Shown here piece after piece: positions 29,044 through 40,428 of a stretch of DNA of 64,000 nt; positions within the stretch are counted from its first letter, which is position 1; every line of letters begins with the position of its first letter. The stretch is from assembly GCA_042408215.1 (NCBI GenBank), contig JAYFMW010000005.1, forward strand, positions 64,001 to 128,000. The letters run 5' to 3'. The stretch comes from Microcoleus sp. (lineage in GTDB: Bacteria > Cyanobacteriota > Cyanobacteriia > Cyanobacteriales > Microcoleaceae). Position numbers and translations under genes: made by a program. The notes under the pieces are model-generated. The model was not told the origin of the DNA, did not search any database, and saw only the letters and a list, made by a program, of their open reading frames with translations.

Positions 29044-30255
29044 TTAAACAGAGGGGCGCTCTATTTTTGTGGGAAAGAATGTTCGGAGTGCTGAATTTCG
29101 CTGTTCTGGGGTTTCCTTTGCCCAATTTGATAGGCTTTCGTAGAAAAAGAATGAGACGCCTGCAAAATCTCTTTTTCGCACTTCTTGGACTTGCTCTTGA
29201 ATTTGTTTGAGCGAAACAGAACTATTTTTTAAACCAGTCAAAATGCCGATCGCAGTTGGAATGTGAGCTTTGGCTAGGATCACTTCTTCTCGTTCTAGTT
29301 CGGCATTAAAACGTTTGATGTCGCTGCGATAAACTTGCAGCACAATTTCTTCGATGTAGTCGCGTCTTTCCCAGGTAAACCAGTCCTGCAAGTGGGCGGG
29401 TAATGCGAAGTGTAAAGGGTTGGGTGAGAGGCTGATTATACATTTTTGTTTGCGGGATTTTATGGCGTGGAATACTCGCGCCATAAAATCGTTAATTCTG
29501 TCAGCACGCCACCGGGTCCAGAAGGTTTCGCGGGCGTCATTGGAGGGACGGCTTTTAATGGCTTTTTGGTACATTAAAACTGTTGTTGGTTCATAGCCAA
29601 ATTCAACTGGTAAGCCAAAATGGTCGTCGAATTGGATGCCATCTAGGTCGTAATTATCGACAATTTCCACAATTAAATCTAGGATAAATTGCTGTACTTC
29701 GGCATGAAATGGGTTAAGCCAAACTCGGTCATTTGTGCCTTCTTTCCAAATAGTTGAACCGTCGCGTCGCCTGGCCAGCCAGTCGGGATGAAGTCTGGCT
29801 AATTCAGAGTCTGCGGGAGCCATAAAACCAAACTCAAACCACGGAATTACAGCTATACCTTTGAGATGGGATTGTGTGATAATTTCTTTGAGAACATCTC
29901 GATTTTGTAATCCGGGTGAAGGGTCGATCGACTGTCCGAATACTCGTTTGGCTACAGCGCTGGGATACAGGGTATAGCCCCCTTGCCAAACCGTAGGATA
30001 TATGGTATTAAAATTTAGTTCATCCAGTCGATTTACAGCGTCAGTCACGTTTTGGGCAGAGAAAAAAACGTCGCTGTCAATGTTAGTTAACCAGACACCG
30101 CGCAATTCTGTTTTTCTGGGAGTTTTTGGCGGAATTTGAGCCGAGAGACGGGGGGAGAATATGGCAGAGGAAATAAGTGCGATCGCGAAAGCAAGTATTA
30201 AAGCCAGTATTCGCTGCCATCCGTGAAGTTTTATAGTCAATTTGTTCCCAAACAT
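29044..30255 (-). CDS. Glycoside hydrolase family 10-like (GHL10/DUF187) secreted protein
   Basis: Signal peptide; ELRGVWL, PWFE and DGIQFDDHF motifs. Confidence 0.85.
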   Translation of the reverse strand: MFGNKLTIKLHGWQRILALILAFAIALISSAIFSPRLSAQIPPKTPRKTELRGVWLTNIDSDVFFSAQNVTDAVNRLDELNFNTIYPTVWQGGYTLYPSAVAKRVFGQSIDPSPGLQNRDVLKEIITQSHLKGIAVIPWFEFGFMAPADSELARLHPDWLARRRDGSTIWKEGTNDRVWLNPFHAEVQQFILDLIVEIVDNYDLDGIQFDDHFGLPVEFGYEPTTVLMYQKAIKSRPSNDARETFWTRWRADRINDFMARVFHAIKSRKQKCIISLSPNPLHFALPAHLQDWFTWERRDYIEEIVLQVYRSDIKRFNAELEREEVILAKAHIPTAIGILTGLKNSSVSLKQIQEQVQEVRKRDFAGVSFFFYESLSNWAKETPEQRNSALRTFFPTKIERPSV

Positions 30256-30557
30256 GATTGTTTTATCATATCTATTTTACCGTAGAATTAGAGGATCATG
30301 AAATTACGCAATATAACTCGAATCAAAAAGACCCTCGAATTGCGCCAGTAGGGTACCTTCAGAATTGTTTTCCACGCCAAAAATTTTAGGTAATTTAATC
30401 TAGTTCCCAGTCAGAGCCTGGGAACATATATGTAGAGGATCCGCCTCCCCTGTGCTTTACTGGAGGCTGAGCCTTCTGCAAGGCATTCCCAGTCAGGTCT
30501 GGGAACGAGAAACGAGAAACGAGAAACGAGAATAGTTATTTTTGGGTAGCAATAAAT

Positions 30558-31328
30558 ATGAATCCTGATTCTCTCCGTACCTTGGGCGTGCCGCCAAATG
30601 CTTGGAAAGTTGATGCCAAAATTGCCGACATCACCCGATCGCAACTTGACCCACAAATTGTGACTTTGGAAACAGAAACTAAAACCCTGCGTGTGGATTT
30701 GGCAAAAGCTGCAATGCTGGTGATAGATATGCAAAATGATTTCTGTCATCCCGACGGTTGGTTAGCACATATTGGCGTAGATGTAACGCCCGCCAGAACT
30801 CCCATTAATCCTTTAAACAATTTACTGCCAAAATTGCGATCGCACGCAATTCCAATTATTTGGATCAACTGGGGAAACCGCCCCGATTTGCTCAATATTA
30901 GTGCAGCTTCCCGTCACGTTTATAATCCCACAGGCGACGGCGTAGGTTTGGGAGATCCGCTGCCAAAAAACGGCGCACCAGTTTTGACGGCGGGGAGTTG
31001 GGCGGCGGCTGTTGTCGATGAATTGGAACAGAAACCAGAGGATATTTGCGTTGATAAATATCGGATGAGTGGCTTTTGGGATACTCCTTTAGATAGTATT
31101 CTGAAAAACCTGGGCAGAACTACACTTTTCTTTGGAGGAGTAAACGCGGATCAGTGCGTTATGACTACGCTGCAAGATGCTAATTTTCTCGGTTACGACT
31201 GCATTTTGGTCAAAGATTGTACTGCTACGACATCGCCAGATTATTGCTGGAAAGCTACTCTGTATAACGTCAAACAATGTTTTGGTTTTTTGTCAGATTC
31301 TCAGGCTATGTTAGAAACAATTAAATAG
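30558..31328 (+). CDS. Cysteine hydrolase (isochorismatase family)
   Basis: IDMQNDF, K and NADQCV (Asp-Lys-Cys triad). Confidence 0.88.
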   Translation: MNPDSLRTLGVPPNAWKVDAKIADITRSQLDPQIVTLETETKTLRVDLAKAAMLVIDMQNDFCHPDGWLAHIGVDVTPARTPINPLNNLLPKLRSHAIPIIWINWGNRPDLLNISAASRHVYNPTGDGVGLGDPLPKNGAPVLTAGSWAAAVVDELEQKPEDICVDKYRMSGFWDTPLDSILKNLGRTTLFFGGVNADQCVMTTLQDANFLGYDCILVKDCTATTSPDYCWKATLYNVKQCFGFLSDSQAMLETIK

Positions 31329-31593
31329 TAGTCATCAGTCATTAGTCATTAGTCAGTAGTCAGCAGTCATTAGTCAGCAGTCATTAGTCAGCAGTCATTA
31401 GTCATAATGACATCAGAAACATAACAACCAGCACCAAAGAAACCGGGTTTTTGCAGTTTTTGTCGCCTGTAACGGGTCTTCTCGTAAAAACCCGGTTTCT
31501 GGCCACCCATACCTAAATCCTAAACTAATGACTCTGGCTCCCTCGCTAATGACATCAAAAACATAACAACTGATAACTTACAATAATAAAAAC

Positions 31594-32046
31594 ATGACAA
31601 ATCAGTGCATGATTCCAGTGGTTAAGTCTCCTCAAGAATACCAAGCATTTCGCATTAGTCCGCAGGATACTAATAGATTAGCTATTGTCTTCGATCCGGT
31701 AACGGCTAATAGTTCATTAACGGTTTGTATCGAAATTTTTGATGTCGGCGGGAAAACTCCTCCGAACCGACATCAATTTGCAGTAGAAATGTTTTTTGTA
31801 CTCAAGGGAGAAGGGCGAGCAACCTGTGACGGCAAAACTGTTAGTATTAAACCTGGAGATAGTTTGTTAGTGCCTCCAACCAGCACTCACGTAATTGAAA
31901 ATACGGGCAGTGAACGTTTGTATGCTTTGTGTATTATGGTTCCTAATGAGGATTTTGTGGAATTGATTCGCAGCGGTACGCCAGTTGAATTAGATGAGGA
32001 AGATATGAGAGTATTGGGGCGATCGGATGTACTTGTGCCGTGCTAA
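31594..32046 (+). CDS. Cupin domain protein
   Basis: HQFAVEMFFVLKGEG and PGD...H cupin motifs. Confidence 0.85.
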   Translation: MTNQCMIPVVKSPQEYQAFRISPQDTNRLAIVFDPVTANSSLTVCIEIFDVGGKTPPNRHQFAVEMFFVLKGEGRATCDGKTVSIKPGDSLLVPPTSTHVIENTGSERLYALCIMVPNEDFVELIRSGTPVELDEEDMRVLGRSDVLVPC

Positions 32047-32069
32047 GCAAGGTCGGACACGGCAATGCC

Positions 32070-32276
32070 CATTGGTGTCAACTTAAGACTAAAATCCTTG
32101 AGAAATCCCGTTTTTACCTAAGTCTAGATCCCCCTAAATCCCCCTTAAGAAGGGGAGTAGGGGGTGACTTTGAAAAGACTCCTGTCCCCCCCTTCTTAAG
32201 GGGGGCTAGGGGGGATCTAGATTTAATAGTTAAACAGCAGTCTGTGACTGGGTTAGAAGTTAAGTTGAAACCTATG
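32070..32276. mobile_element. MITE (CATTGGTGTCAACTTAA TIR family) inserted into a GGACACGGCA..GTGTCCCTAC REP
   Basis: TIRs CATTGGTGTCAACTTAA and TTAAGTTGAAACCTATG; REP halves on either side. Confidence 0.8.
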
Positions 32277-32472
32277 GGCTCTTGGAGTGTCCCTACCCCA
32301 AAATAATATTGTAGTCCAAGGGCATTGCCGTCTCCTGATTTCGGGTAATATTAATTCCGATGCCAACGGATTTGATATAAAGTGCAATCAATGCTAAAAT
32401 TATGAGGTTGACAGTCACTTGTCGCGTAAATTTTCCCTCTAATTATCGATCAAACATAAAACTTATCAATTT

Positions 32473-32832
32473 ATGACCGTTATATTTCACATTGCTAAAA
32501 GCCAACAGTGGGAAGAAGCAAAACAGCTTCAATCCTATCGCGGCGATACCCTAGATTCTGAAGGATTTATTCACTGTTCAACACTCCCGCAAGTTGTTAA
32601 ATCTGCCAATAAGTTCTTTGTTGGCAAAAAAGGATTGCTTTTGCTGTGGATAGATTCTGAAAAAGTGGAAGCAGAGGTTAAGTATGAATCTGCCGCCGGA
32701 GATCTTTATCCGCACATTTACGGGCCGCTGAATGTGGATGCTGTGTTGAAAGTTATTGAGTTTGAAGCGGGTGCAGATGGGAAGTTTGAATTGCCGGAAG
32801 AATTAATAGCAAGTATAAATGAACAGGCTTAG
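32473..32832 (+). CDS. DUF952 family protein
   Basis: EGFIHCST and YPHIYGPLN motifs. Confidence 0.88.
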   Translation: MTVIFHIAKSQQWEEAKQLQSYRGDTLDSEGFIHCSTLPQVVKSANKFFVGKKGLLLLWIDSEKVEAEVKYESAAGDLYPHIYGPLNVDAVLKVIEFEAGADGKFELPEELIASINEQA

Positions 32833-32981
32833 TACGTTGTGAAGATTGTAAGCAGGATCATTTAATATCAGCTAACATTCACAGGATTTACGCATGAATA
32901 TCAAAGAAACCGGGTTTTTTATCAGTGTTAAAGGCTCAAATGCAGTATTTTCATAAAAAACCCCGGTTTCTGCGTCCATGA

Positions 32982-34230
32982 CTAATCCACTAACTCTTTC
33001 GCCAATGCTAGCGCCTCTTCCCGACTAGAAATTCTCCCCTCCACCCGCGCTAATTGAATTTCCATTAACAATTGACCAATGCGCGGACTTCTTGGTAAAT
33101 TCAAATATTCCATTAAATCATTGCCGCTAACTAATTGTGTGGGATGAGCAACTATATCGCCCGCATCAAGATAGCGATTAATTAACAGTGAAATTTCATC
33201 TACGGGAAACTCCCACGGCTACAGCCAACACTGCTAAAACTGGAAAGACTATTCCCACGTCTCGAAACAAAAAATACTGTTCTCGCAAAGACATCTCAGA
33301 AATTGCCTGTTGTTGCAATTTGGGCAAGTATTTCAAAAGCTCGATCGCACTTTTAATCTCAGCATTGCTATACTTTAACCGTAGCAACTGGGTTTCAGCA
33401 ATTGTCGGGTCAGAATCTGCCAACATAGCTAACTTGGCGACAGCCAACAAAGGCGTTTTAATTGTATCTCGAATCTGACGATAAAATTCCCTACCCAAAT
33501 CTGGATAAATTGCGGCTAAATTCGCAGCAGATGCGTCAATTTTTGTGAAAGTATCAAAACGGTCGATCGCACTTTCAAACCAAATCGAAAATAAACCGTC
33601 TTCCCAACCGCGACAAATCCAAGGTACGCCGTTAGGATTGCTTAACAAATAACCCAATTCTGTCCGCACCCGTTCCACCGCTACCTGACTCAACAGCGGT
33701 GCTAATTCGCGAATAGCAGATTGGGTTTCCGGTTCGATCGCAAAACCCAACTGCGCCGCTTGACGGTATGCTCTTAATAACCTCAGCGGATCATCTTCCA
33801 AATTTGACCGCGAAATCATCCGCACCAAACCCAGCCGCAAATCAGTTTGACCATCCACAGGATCGATGATTTCTCCGGTAAAAGGATTCCAGGCGATCGC
33901 ATTAATCCGAAAATCCCGGCGCCACAAATCCCCCTCCAGACTCCCCCCTTCCGCCTGCGCCAAATCCACCGTACCGCCCGCAAACACCACCCGCGCAATT
34001 TGCCGTTCCGCATCCAACAAGACAAATCCAGCTTTCGTGCGATCGGCAATTTTTCGAGCAGTCTTCACCGCCCGTGTTAGCATCACAAAATCCCAATCAA
34101 AATAAGGCGATCGCCTCAAGAGCAGCGCATCCCGCACCGCACCACCCACCAAATAAGCAGGCGGCGTCAGCAGTTCCAAATCAAACGGCCAAGAATCAGG
34201 AGATAATGGAGGTGGTAAACTATTCGACAT
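32982..34230 (-). CDS. CCA-type tRNA nucleotidyltransferase (apparent +1 frameshift near 33204)
   Basis: VGGAVRD, DWD, RRDFRINA and DDPLRLLRAYR; C-terminus LVSGNDLM...IGQLL continues in the shifted frame to a stop at 32982. Confidence 0.88.
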
Positions 34231-34336
34231 CGCAACAAAAATAAATAAACTTACAACAATAAAGCTCTTGCTACGCTAGATTAACAGAAAGCTCAAATTT
34301 CACCAATCTTTTTGAAATTCACAGAGGATATCAAGA

Positions 34337-34585
34337 ATGTGTATTTGTGTTAACTGCCACTATGTAGACCGCTGCTTCACCTACCACGCCGTAGAAGGAC
34401 AGCACGAACAGCCTCACCTCACCGAAACACCCGATTTCGACGCCGTAGAACCCACAATCAACGTTAACATCCGCCCCCGCCAAGATGAAGTAGAAATGGA
34501 ATGGGATGTAGTCGGTTGTCAAAGTTTCAAGCAAGAGACCGGCAAATGGGCTAAGTTGCGGCCCGGCGAACTCGTACCAACTTAA
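34337..34585 (+). CDS. ycf34: Ycf34 family Fe-S protein
   Basis: MCICVNCHYVDRCFTYHAVE...EWDVVGC. Confidence 0.93.
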   Translation: MCICVNCHYVDRCFTYHAVEGQHEQPHLTETPDFDAVEPTINVNIRPRQDEVEMEWDVVGCQSFKQETGKWAKLRPGELVPT

Positions 34586-34592
34586 GGAAGAA

Positions 34593-34942
34593 GTCATTAG
34601 TCATTAGTCATTAGTCATTAGTCAGTAGTCATTAGTTAGCAGTCAGTAGTCAGTAGTTAGCAGTCAGTAGTCAGTGGTTAGCAGTCAGTAGTCATTAGTC
34701 ATTAGTCATTAGTTGGTTATTGGTTGTTGGTTGCTATTTGTCAGTGGTTATTTGTCAGTGGTTATTAGCTATTAGTTATTGGCTATTAGTTATTTGTTAC
34801 TCGATTGGATCTGGCAATAACCAATGCCCAATGCCCAAGGCCCAATGCCCAATTCCCAATTCCCAATGCCCAATTCCCAATGCCCAATTCCCAATGCCCA
34901 ATTCCCAATGCCCCATTCCCCATTCCCCATTCCCCATTCCCA
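34593..34942. repeat. STRR heptamer tracts (AGTCATT/AGTCAGT; CCCAATG/CCCAATT/CCCCATT)
   Basis: Visible tandem heptamers. Confidence 0.9.
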
Positions 34943-35671
34943 ATGAATAGCCATCCCAAAGACCCAACATCAGTTAAAAAATACGGCTTAGCCCTGCACA
35001 CAGCTAGTCGTGAACTTGGTTTAGCCATCAGCAATTTTGCAGGTGAGTCTCGCTGTGCAACTTGGAATTTAGATCGCGATTTAGCAACTCATTTGCACCA
35101 GCATTTAGTCGAGTTTATCCAGCCACAAACTTGGGCAGATTTGGCTTTTATTGCAGTTGCTAAGGGGCCTGGAGGTTTCACGGGCACTCGTATTGGTATG
35201 GTGACGGCGCGGACTTTGGCTCAACAGTTGGATATTCCGATTTTTGCTATCTCAACTTTGGCGGCTTTTGCTTGGGCACAACCCCCCCAACCCAGGGCGG
35301 GCACGGGGGCACCGCCCCTACACTCAGGGGGGCTTTGGGAATTGGAACCGCCCCTACACTCAGGGGGGCTTTTGAATATCGCACTGCAAATGCCTGCACA
35401 GCGTGGTCAATTATTTGGGGCTGTTTATTCGGTTAATCAAGATTCGGGTTTGACTGAGTTGTTTCCTGATACGGTGATGACTCCTGAATCTTGGCTGGAA
35501 AAGTTGGAAAGTTGGGGGGATTCCTATCAGTTGATTGAAGTTACTAGCGGGTTGGGTGCGTCGGTTTCTGGTGTGTTAGAGTTGGCTTATTTGGAGTGGA
35601 AAATGGGTCTTCGTCCTGGTTGGTCGGATGCTTTGCCTTATTATGGTCAACATCCGGTTAAGGGATACTGA
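34943..35671 (+). CDS. tsaB: tRNA threonylcarbamoyladenosine biosynthesis protein TsaB
   Basis: LALHTA and [15 protein letters not shown] motifs; start trimmed to 34943. Confidence 0.9.
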   Translation: MNSHPKDPTSVKKYGLALHTASRELGLAISNFAGESRCATWNLDRDLATHLHQHLVEFIQPQTWADLAFIAVAKGPGGFTGTRIGMVTARTLAQQLDIPIFAISTLAAFAWAQPPQPRAGTGAPPLHSGGLWELEPPLHSGGLLNIALQMPAQRGQLFGAVYSVNQDSGLTELFPDTVMTPESWLEKLESWGDSYQLIEVTSGLGASVSGVLELAYLEWKMGLRPGWSDALPYYGQHPVKGY

Positions 35672-35906
35672 AAAAATGAGTAAGATTGCATCTAATACAA
35701 AAAGACAGGCTAGGTTCGATCGCACTCAATGCTTTTGGCTGGTATGTCGATACATTGTTTCTCCTATTTCTGATTAAACCACAGAGGGCGCAGAGGGCGC
35801 AGAGGAAGAGAGAGATGAGTAATTCCGATGTCAACGAATTTAATATAACGCTCTTCTTTTAGAACCCCAACTTCTTGAAGTCGGGGTTCTGGCTACTCTG
35901 TAAAGT

Positions 35907-36731
35907 TTATCGCCCGCTAGCTAAAGCCTGCCGCAATTTGCGATCGCGCCGTGACTTATCCCCAAGTTCAGGAGTCGCCATCCGCAACACAAAATCCAGC
36001 AACCAAGGCGCAATTCGGTGGCACCAAACCGCTAAATGACTTTGATATCCTACCAAGATTTCCGGCGCATCTTTGTGCAATCCCGCCACCAGCGCAAGGG
36101 CAACTTTTTCGGGAGTTGTGGGAACCACCCACCGAAATTGCTCCAAGTCTCGCACCATGTCGGTATCTGTTAGAGATGGGAGCAAAGCTGTCACCCGAAC
36201 ATTGTACGCTGTCAACTCGCTGCGTAAAGCTTGGGTGAATCCCAAAATGGCAAATTTAGTGGCAGAATAAGTCGCCATTGTGGGAGCGGCAATTTTGCCC
36301 ATCAAGCTCGAAACATTGACGATTGTTCCATCTTTTTGGGCGGCCATTCGCCTCGCTATTAAGCGGGTAATTGTGTAGGTTCCCAGTAAATTTAAGGCTA
36401 TTTCTTCCTCGATTAATGGTAGCGGGGAACGCAAGAATGATGCTTGGTGCGCGACGCCTGCACAGTTGACTAGCAGGTGAATTGGGCCGTTATCTCGCCA
36501 AGCTTGGGCGATCGCAATATTCACCGCTACCGACTGAGTTAAATCTAAAGCTAATGGAACTGCTTCTACTCCAAAAACTTCGATTTCTGCGGCTAATTCA
36601 ACTAATTGCTGGCGATTGCGCGCCACAATCAACAAACGTTTGATTCCTTGTCGCGCTAATTCCAGGGCGATCGATCGCCCAATTCCACGGGAAGCTCCTG
36701 TAACTAGAGCTGTCTTTCCTTGAAGCTGCAT
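35907..36731 (-). CDS. SDR-family NAD(P)-dependent oxidoreductase
   Basis: TGASRGIG, NCAG and YSATK. Confidence 0.93.
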   Translation of the reverse strand: MQLQGKTALVTGASRGIGRSIALELARQGIKRLLIVARNRQQLVELAAEIEVFGVEAVPLALDLTQSVAVNIAIAQAWRDNGPIHLLVNCAGVAHQASFLRSPLPLIEEEIALNLLGTYTITRLIARRMAAQKDGTIVNVSSLMGKIAAPTMATYSATKFAILGFTQALRSELTAYNVRVTALLPSLTDTDMVRDLEQFRWVVPTTPEKVALALVAGLHKDAPEILVGYQSHLAVWCHRIAPWLLDFVLRMATPELGDKSRRDRKLRQALASGR

Positions 36732-36971
36732 AGATTAAATCCTCTAAATCTGAAGCTCACCGCGCACGGAGTTATAAGTTGCGAGTTATGAATTTTGTGG
36801 AGTTAACTCAAAACTTTTGAATCGCCTACGTGCCCGTGAGTTTAACTAAACTTGGATTTGCCAGAAATTGGTCAGGAATCTGGTCAGTAAACCTCATTCA
36901 AGCAGACAAACCTGAGATGGGAAAACAAGGTGAGAAATCATACCAACTTTGGCTTAATTTCCCTCTTTCTT

Positions 36972-37405
36972 TAGTCTCGCGTTGCGCGGACTTGGCCTGT
37001 GTAGCCGCTCATTCGATTCGCCGGGATTGGCGGTTTTTTCTTGAGTCCGCGCAGGCGGACTTTGACTGTGTAGCCGCTCATTCGATTCGCCGGGATTGGC
37101 GGTTTTTTCTTGAGTCCGCGCAGGCGGACTTTTCCTGTGTAGCCGCTCATTCGATTCGCCGGGATTGGCGGTTTTTTCTTGAGTCTCGCCTTGCGCGGAC
37201 TTGGCCTGTGTACACCCGAATTTCATTCGCCCTTGATTGACGGTTTTTTATTGAGTCCGCGCAGGCGGACTTTGACTGTGTAGCCGCGAATTTGAGTCGC
37301 CCGGGATTGGCGGTTTTTTATTGAGTACGCGCAGGCGGACTTGGCCTGTGTAGCCGCGAATTTCATGCGCCCTTGATTGGCGGACTTGGCCTGTGTGGCC
37401 GGGAG
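36972..37405. repeat. Array of about 6-7 palindromic units of about 69 bp
   Basis: GAGTCCGCGCAGGCGGACTT...TGTGTAGCCGC core; period of 69 bp between 37043 and 37112. Confidence 0.9.
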
Positions 37406-37567
37406 TTCCATTCGCGGGGAAAAGGCACTGGATTTTTGAGCAATGTAGAGCATAAATTCCACACCTCCTATATATGAGGATTTGCTCTATACACATAGCT
37501 TAACAACTAGAAGCTAAAGTGACAACAATTTTTAATAAATCTTCCGAAACATTTCTTTACAATCTGC

Positions 37568-39001
37568 TCATACAGCGTTTTTCCAAGTACCATGAAAGCC
37601 TAAAGGTATGACACTAGGCAATTCTAGCTGACAAACAGGAGCGCGATCGAGCCCGTCGCTGTCAAATATCCAGACTTCGCTTTTATCAGAATTGCCGTCG
37701 TAAACAACTGTTACTATCCAACCTTTTTCCGAGGAAATATCTGGAACGTAGATGGGTTCTGCGGGATAGCGATTTTCGCCACAGTCGGCAATTGTGAGAT
37801 TGCGGGTTTGCGTGTCCAAACGGGCGATCGCACCGAAACGTTCCGCCACAATATCACAGCCTGGACGATACATTGCCAGATAAATATACCGCGATTCTTG
37901 CCCGATTTCCGAAGCAGGTACAACCGGAAACTCGCAAGCTTGATCTAACAATTCTTCTGTCGCTGTCACCTTCCCCGTCTGTGGATTTAGATGCACTCGC
38001 CACAGAGTACCCTCCGCATCGGTGCGAGTTTCACCAGTCGCTACTTCTTTCAATCGCTGATTTGTTTTGAAGTCAGAAAAGCGCACAAAATCTACCGCCA
38101 CCTCACCATCTTCCTTGACAAAACCGTTAGCAAAATGCCACTGAAACCAAGGCTCGGTTTTGTTGCGACTAACTAAAGATAGAGTTTCAGAGTCAATAAC
38201 TAATATCTGCGTTCCTAACTCCGGTTTCCATTCAAAAGAGTCGCTGTAACTGCTAATTCCAGCTAACACGGGTAAAATTTTAATTCGCATCGGCGGGGCA
38301 AAAAATATTAGATACTTTCCAGCCACAACAAAATCGTGGAGCGCGTAAATTCCATCTAAGGCAACAGTTGATTTTTGTACGATTTTGCCAGTAAAATCGC
38401 TTTTATACAGATTTAACTTTGTAGTCGCACCATAGGTAATTCCAAAGTTAAAAATATTCCCAGTAATCGGGTCGCGCTTGCAGTGAGCGGAATACACAAA
38501 GTTACTATCTAAACTACCTAAATCGTCCATTCCCAAAGTTTCCAGAGTTTGCAAATCGAGGCGGTGAGGCGGGCCACCTTCCCACAATGCCAAAAGGCGA
38601 TCTGGCAAAGCTAAAACAGAAGTATTGGCAGCATTTTTAACAGGTTTAGTCCACCGCAACCAAATAGGGCCCGGTGCTGTCATGCCGTAATTACTGTAGA
38701 GAAATTTATCAGCTTTTTCTTCAGCTAGATATCCCGCTGTTTGCACATAGCGATAAACAGCCGCAGCACCCGCATCGGTAAAATGTACGGCCAAAATTGC
38801 ACCATCCCCATCAAACCAGTGTCCCACAGGAATGCCTCCGCGTTCCAAACGTCCGGGCCCGTTGCGGTAGAGGGTACCGCGAAATCCTGCGGGGATTTTG
38901 CCGCTTTTAACGGATAGTTGAGTCAGGGGAAATTCCGCAGCAGGACGGGCTAAAGCTTGAGCCCAGGACTTTTTAGCTGATTTTTTACTGTCTGTTTTCA
39001 T
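37568..39001 (-). CDS. Carotenoid oxygenase family protein
   Basis: GTLYRNGPG, HWFDGDG and GFHG; four His ligands. Confidence 0.92.
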   Translation of the reverse strand: MKTDSKKSAKKSWAQALARPAAEFPLTQLSVKSGKIPAGFRGTLYRNGPGRLERGGIPVGHWFDGDGAILAVHFTDAGAAAVYRYVQTAGYLAEEKADKFLYSNYGMTAPGPIWLRWTKPVKNAANTSVLALPDRLLALWEGGPPHRLDLQTLETLGMDDLGSLDSNFVYSAHCKRDPITGNIFNFGITYGATTKLNLYKSDFTGKIVQKSTVALDGIYALHDFVVAGKYLIFFAPPMRIKILPVLAGISSYSDSFEWKPELGTQILVIDSETLSLVSRNKTEPWFQWHFANGFVKEDGEVAVDFVRFSDFKTNQRLKEVATGETRTDAEGTLWRVHLNPQTGKVTATEELLDQACEFPVVPASEIGQESRYIYLAMYRPGCDIVAERFGAIARLDTQTRNLTIADCGENRYPAEPIYVPDISSEKGWIVTVVYDGNSDKSEVWIFDSDGLDRAPVCQLELPSVIPLGFHGTWKNAV

Positions 39002-39073
39002 GGGAATCCGGCAATTTTTAACTAAGCTACCTACATTTTATTATACAATAATAGCACCAATAATTTAATAGCT

Positions 39074-40087
39074 ATGTCTCTACCACGCCGCTATTTGCTC
39101 AGAACTTTTGGGCTCACCGTCATTGGCACTCAATTATTGCCGATCGCCCAAACCAACCGAACTCCCAAAACTATCATTAAACCACGCCGTCTGCAAGTCG
39201 GCGATACTGTAGCTTTAATCAATCCTGCTGCTTTCAACTACGAGAAAGAAGTTGAGCCATTTTTTAAAGTCCTAGAAAACTTGGGCTTAAAAGTTAAATT
39301 GGGCGAGCATTTTTACGACCGCTACGGCTATTTAGCAGGCCTGGATACCGATCGCGCTGCCGATGTCAATGCTGCTTTTGCCGACTCCTCAGTCCAAGCT
39401 ATTTTTACGGGTATGGGTGGCTGGGGTTGCAATCGGATCTTGCCGCTGCTCGATTACAATATGCTCCGCAATAATCCGAAAATTATTATGGGTTTCAGCG
39501 ATATTACTGCACTATTATTAGCGATTCATGCTCAAACTAATATGATTACTTTTCACGGCCCTTTGGGCGTGTCTAGCTGGAGTCCGTTTACAATAAATTA
39601 TGTTAAACAAGTTTTGTTTCACGGCGAATCTGTGACTATGCAAAACACCAGAAGTGTGAAAATTGAAACAATCGGAGGTGGAAAAGCTAGGGGAAAATTG
39701 CTCGGAGGCAATTTATCAGTCCTAGCAGCAATGATCGGTTCTGCTTATTTGCCGGAATGGGAAAAAAGTATCTTGTTTGTCGAGGAAGTTGGCGAAGAGG
39801 TTTATCGCATCGATCGAATGTTGACGCAACTCAAATTAGCTGGCATTCTTGATAAAATATCCGGTTTTGTTTTTGGACAATGCACGAAGTGCGATGCCGA
39901 AAAACCACAAGAGTCCTTAACATTAGCTCAAGTCTTGTCCGATCACATTCGCCCGTTGAGAATTCCGGCGTGGTATGGTTCAATGGTGGGTCACATTCAA
40001 GATAAGTTTACTTTGCCGATCGGCTTAGAAGTTGAAATTGACGCTAACTCTGGTACAATTAGATTGTTAGAATCCGCTGTCAACTAA
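39074..40087 (+). CDS. LD-carboxypeptidase (S66), possible Tat signal
   Basis: GFSDIT, GGNLS, EEVGE and GH; N-terminal RRYL. Confidence 0.9.
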   Translation: MSLPRRYLLRTFGLTVIGTQLLPIAQTNRTPKTIIKPRRLQVGDTVALINPAAFNYEKEVEPFFKVLENLGLKVKLGEHFYDRYGYLAGLDTDRAADVNAAFADSSVQAIFTGMGGWGCNRILPLLDYNMLRNNPKIIMGFSDITALLLAIHAQTNMITFHGPLGVSSWSPFTINYVKQVLFHGESVTMQNTRSVKIETIGGGKARGKLLGGNLSVLAAMIGSAYLPEWEKSILFVEEVGEEVYRIDRMLTQLKLAGILDKISGFVFGQCTKCDAEKPQESLTLAQVLSDHIRPLRIPAWYGSMVGHIQDKFTLPIGLEVEIDANSGTIRLLESAVN

Positions 40088-40150
40088 ATCTTGAACTCTT
40101 CTCGATCTTCGGGAGGCTCTTCCTCTGGTTCTGCATTACCGAACTCTGGC

Positions 40151-40381
40151 CATTGATGACAACTTAGCGTAAAACCAACCGTCTCTCTTGTTTGTATCGA
40201 AGCCTAGATCCCCCCTAACCCCCCTTAATAAGGGGGGGACAAGATTTTTCTCAAAGTCCCCCTTATTAAGGGAGGATAAGAGTGTTCTCAAAGTCCCCCT
40301 TCTTAAGGGGGATTTAGGGGGATCGAGACTCGAATGCAAGCGACATTTATTATGGGCTTCAGTCTTAAGTTGTCACCAATG
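40151..40381. mobile_element. MITE (CATTG TIR family) with about 8-9 bp target duplication
   Basis: CATTGATGACAACTTA and TAAGTTGTCACCAATG; ACTCTGGC on both sides. Confidence 0.82.
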
Positions 40382-40428
40382 GACTCTGGCTGGTAACGAG
40401 AAAATTCAAACACAAAATCAGGACGATC

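Noticed and set aside
32040..32306. ORFs with LDPPKSPLRRG (also 40136-40339 and 40188-40529)
   Set aside because: Translations of the MITE core.
36972..37405. CRISPR array, or the ORFs 36830-37240, 36954-37226 and 37223-37462
   Set aside because: The units are whole-unit duplications without unique spacers, and the ORFs are translations of the repeat.
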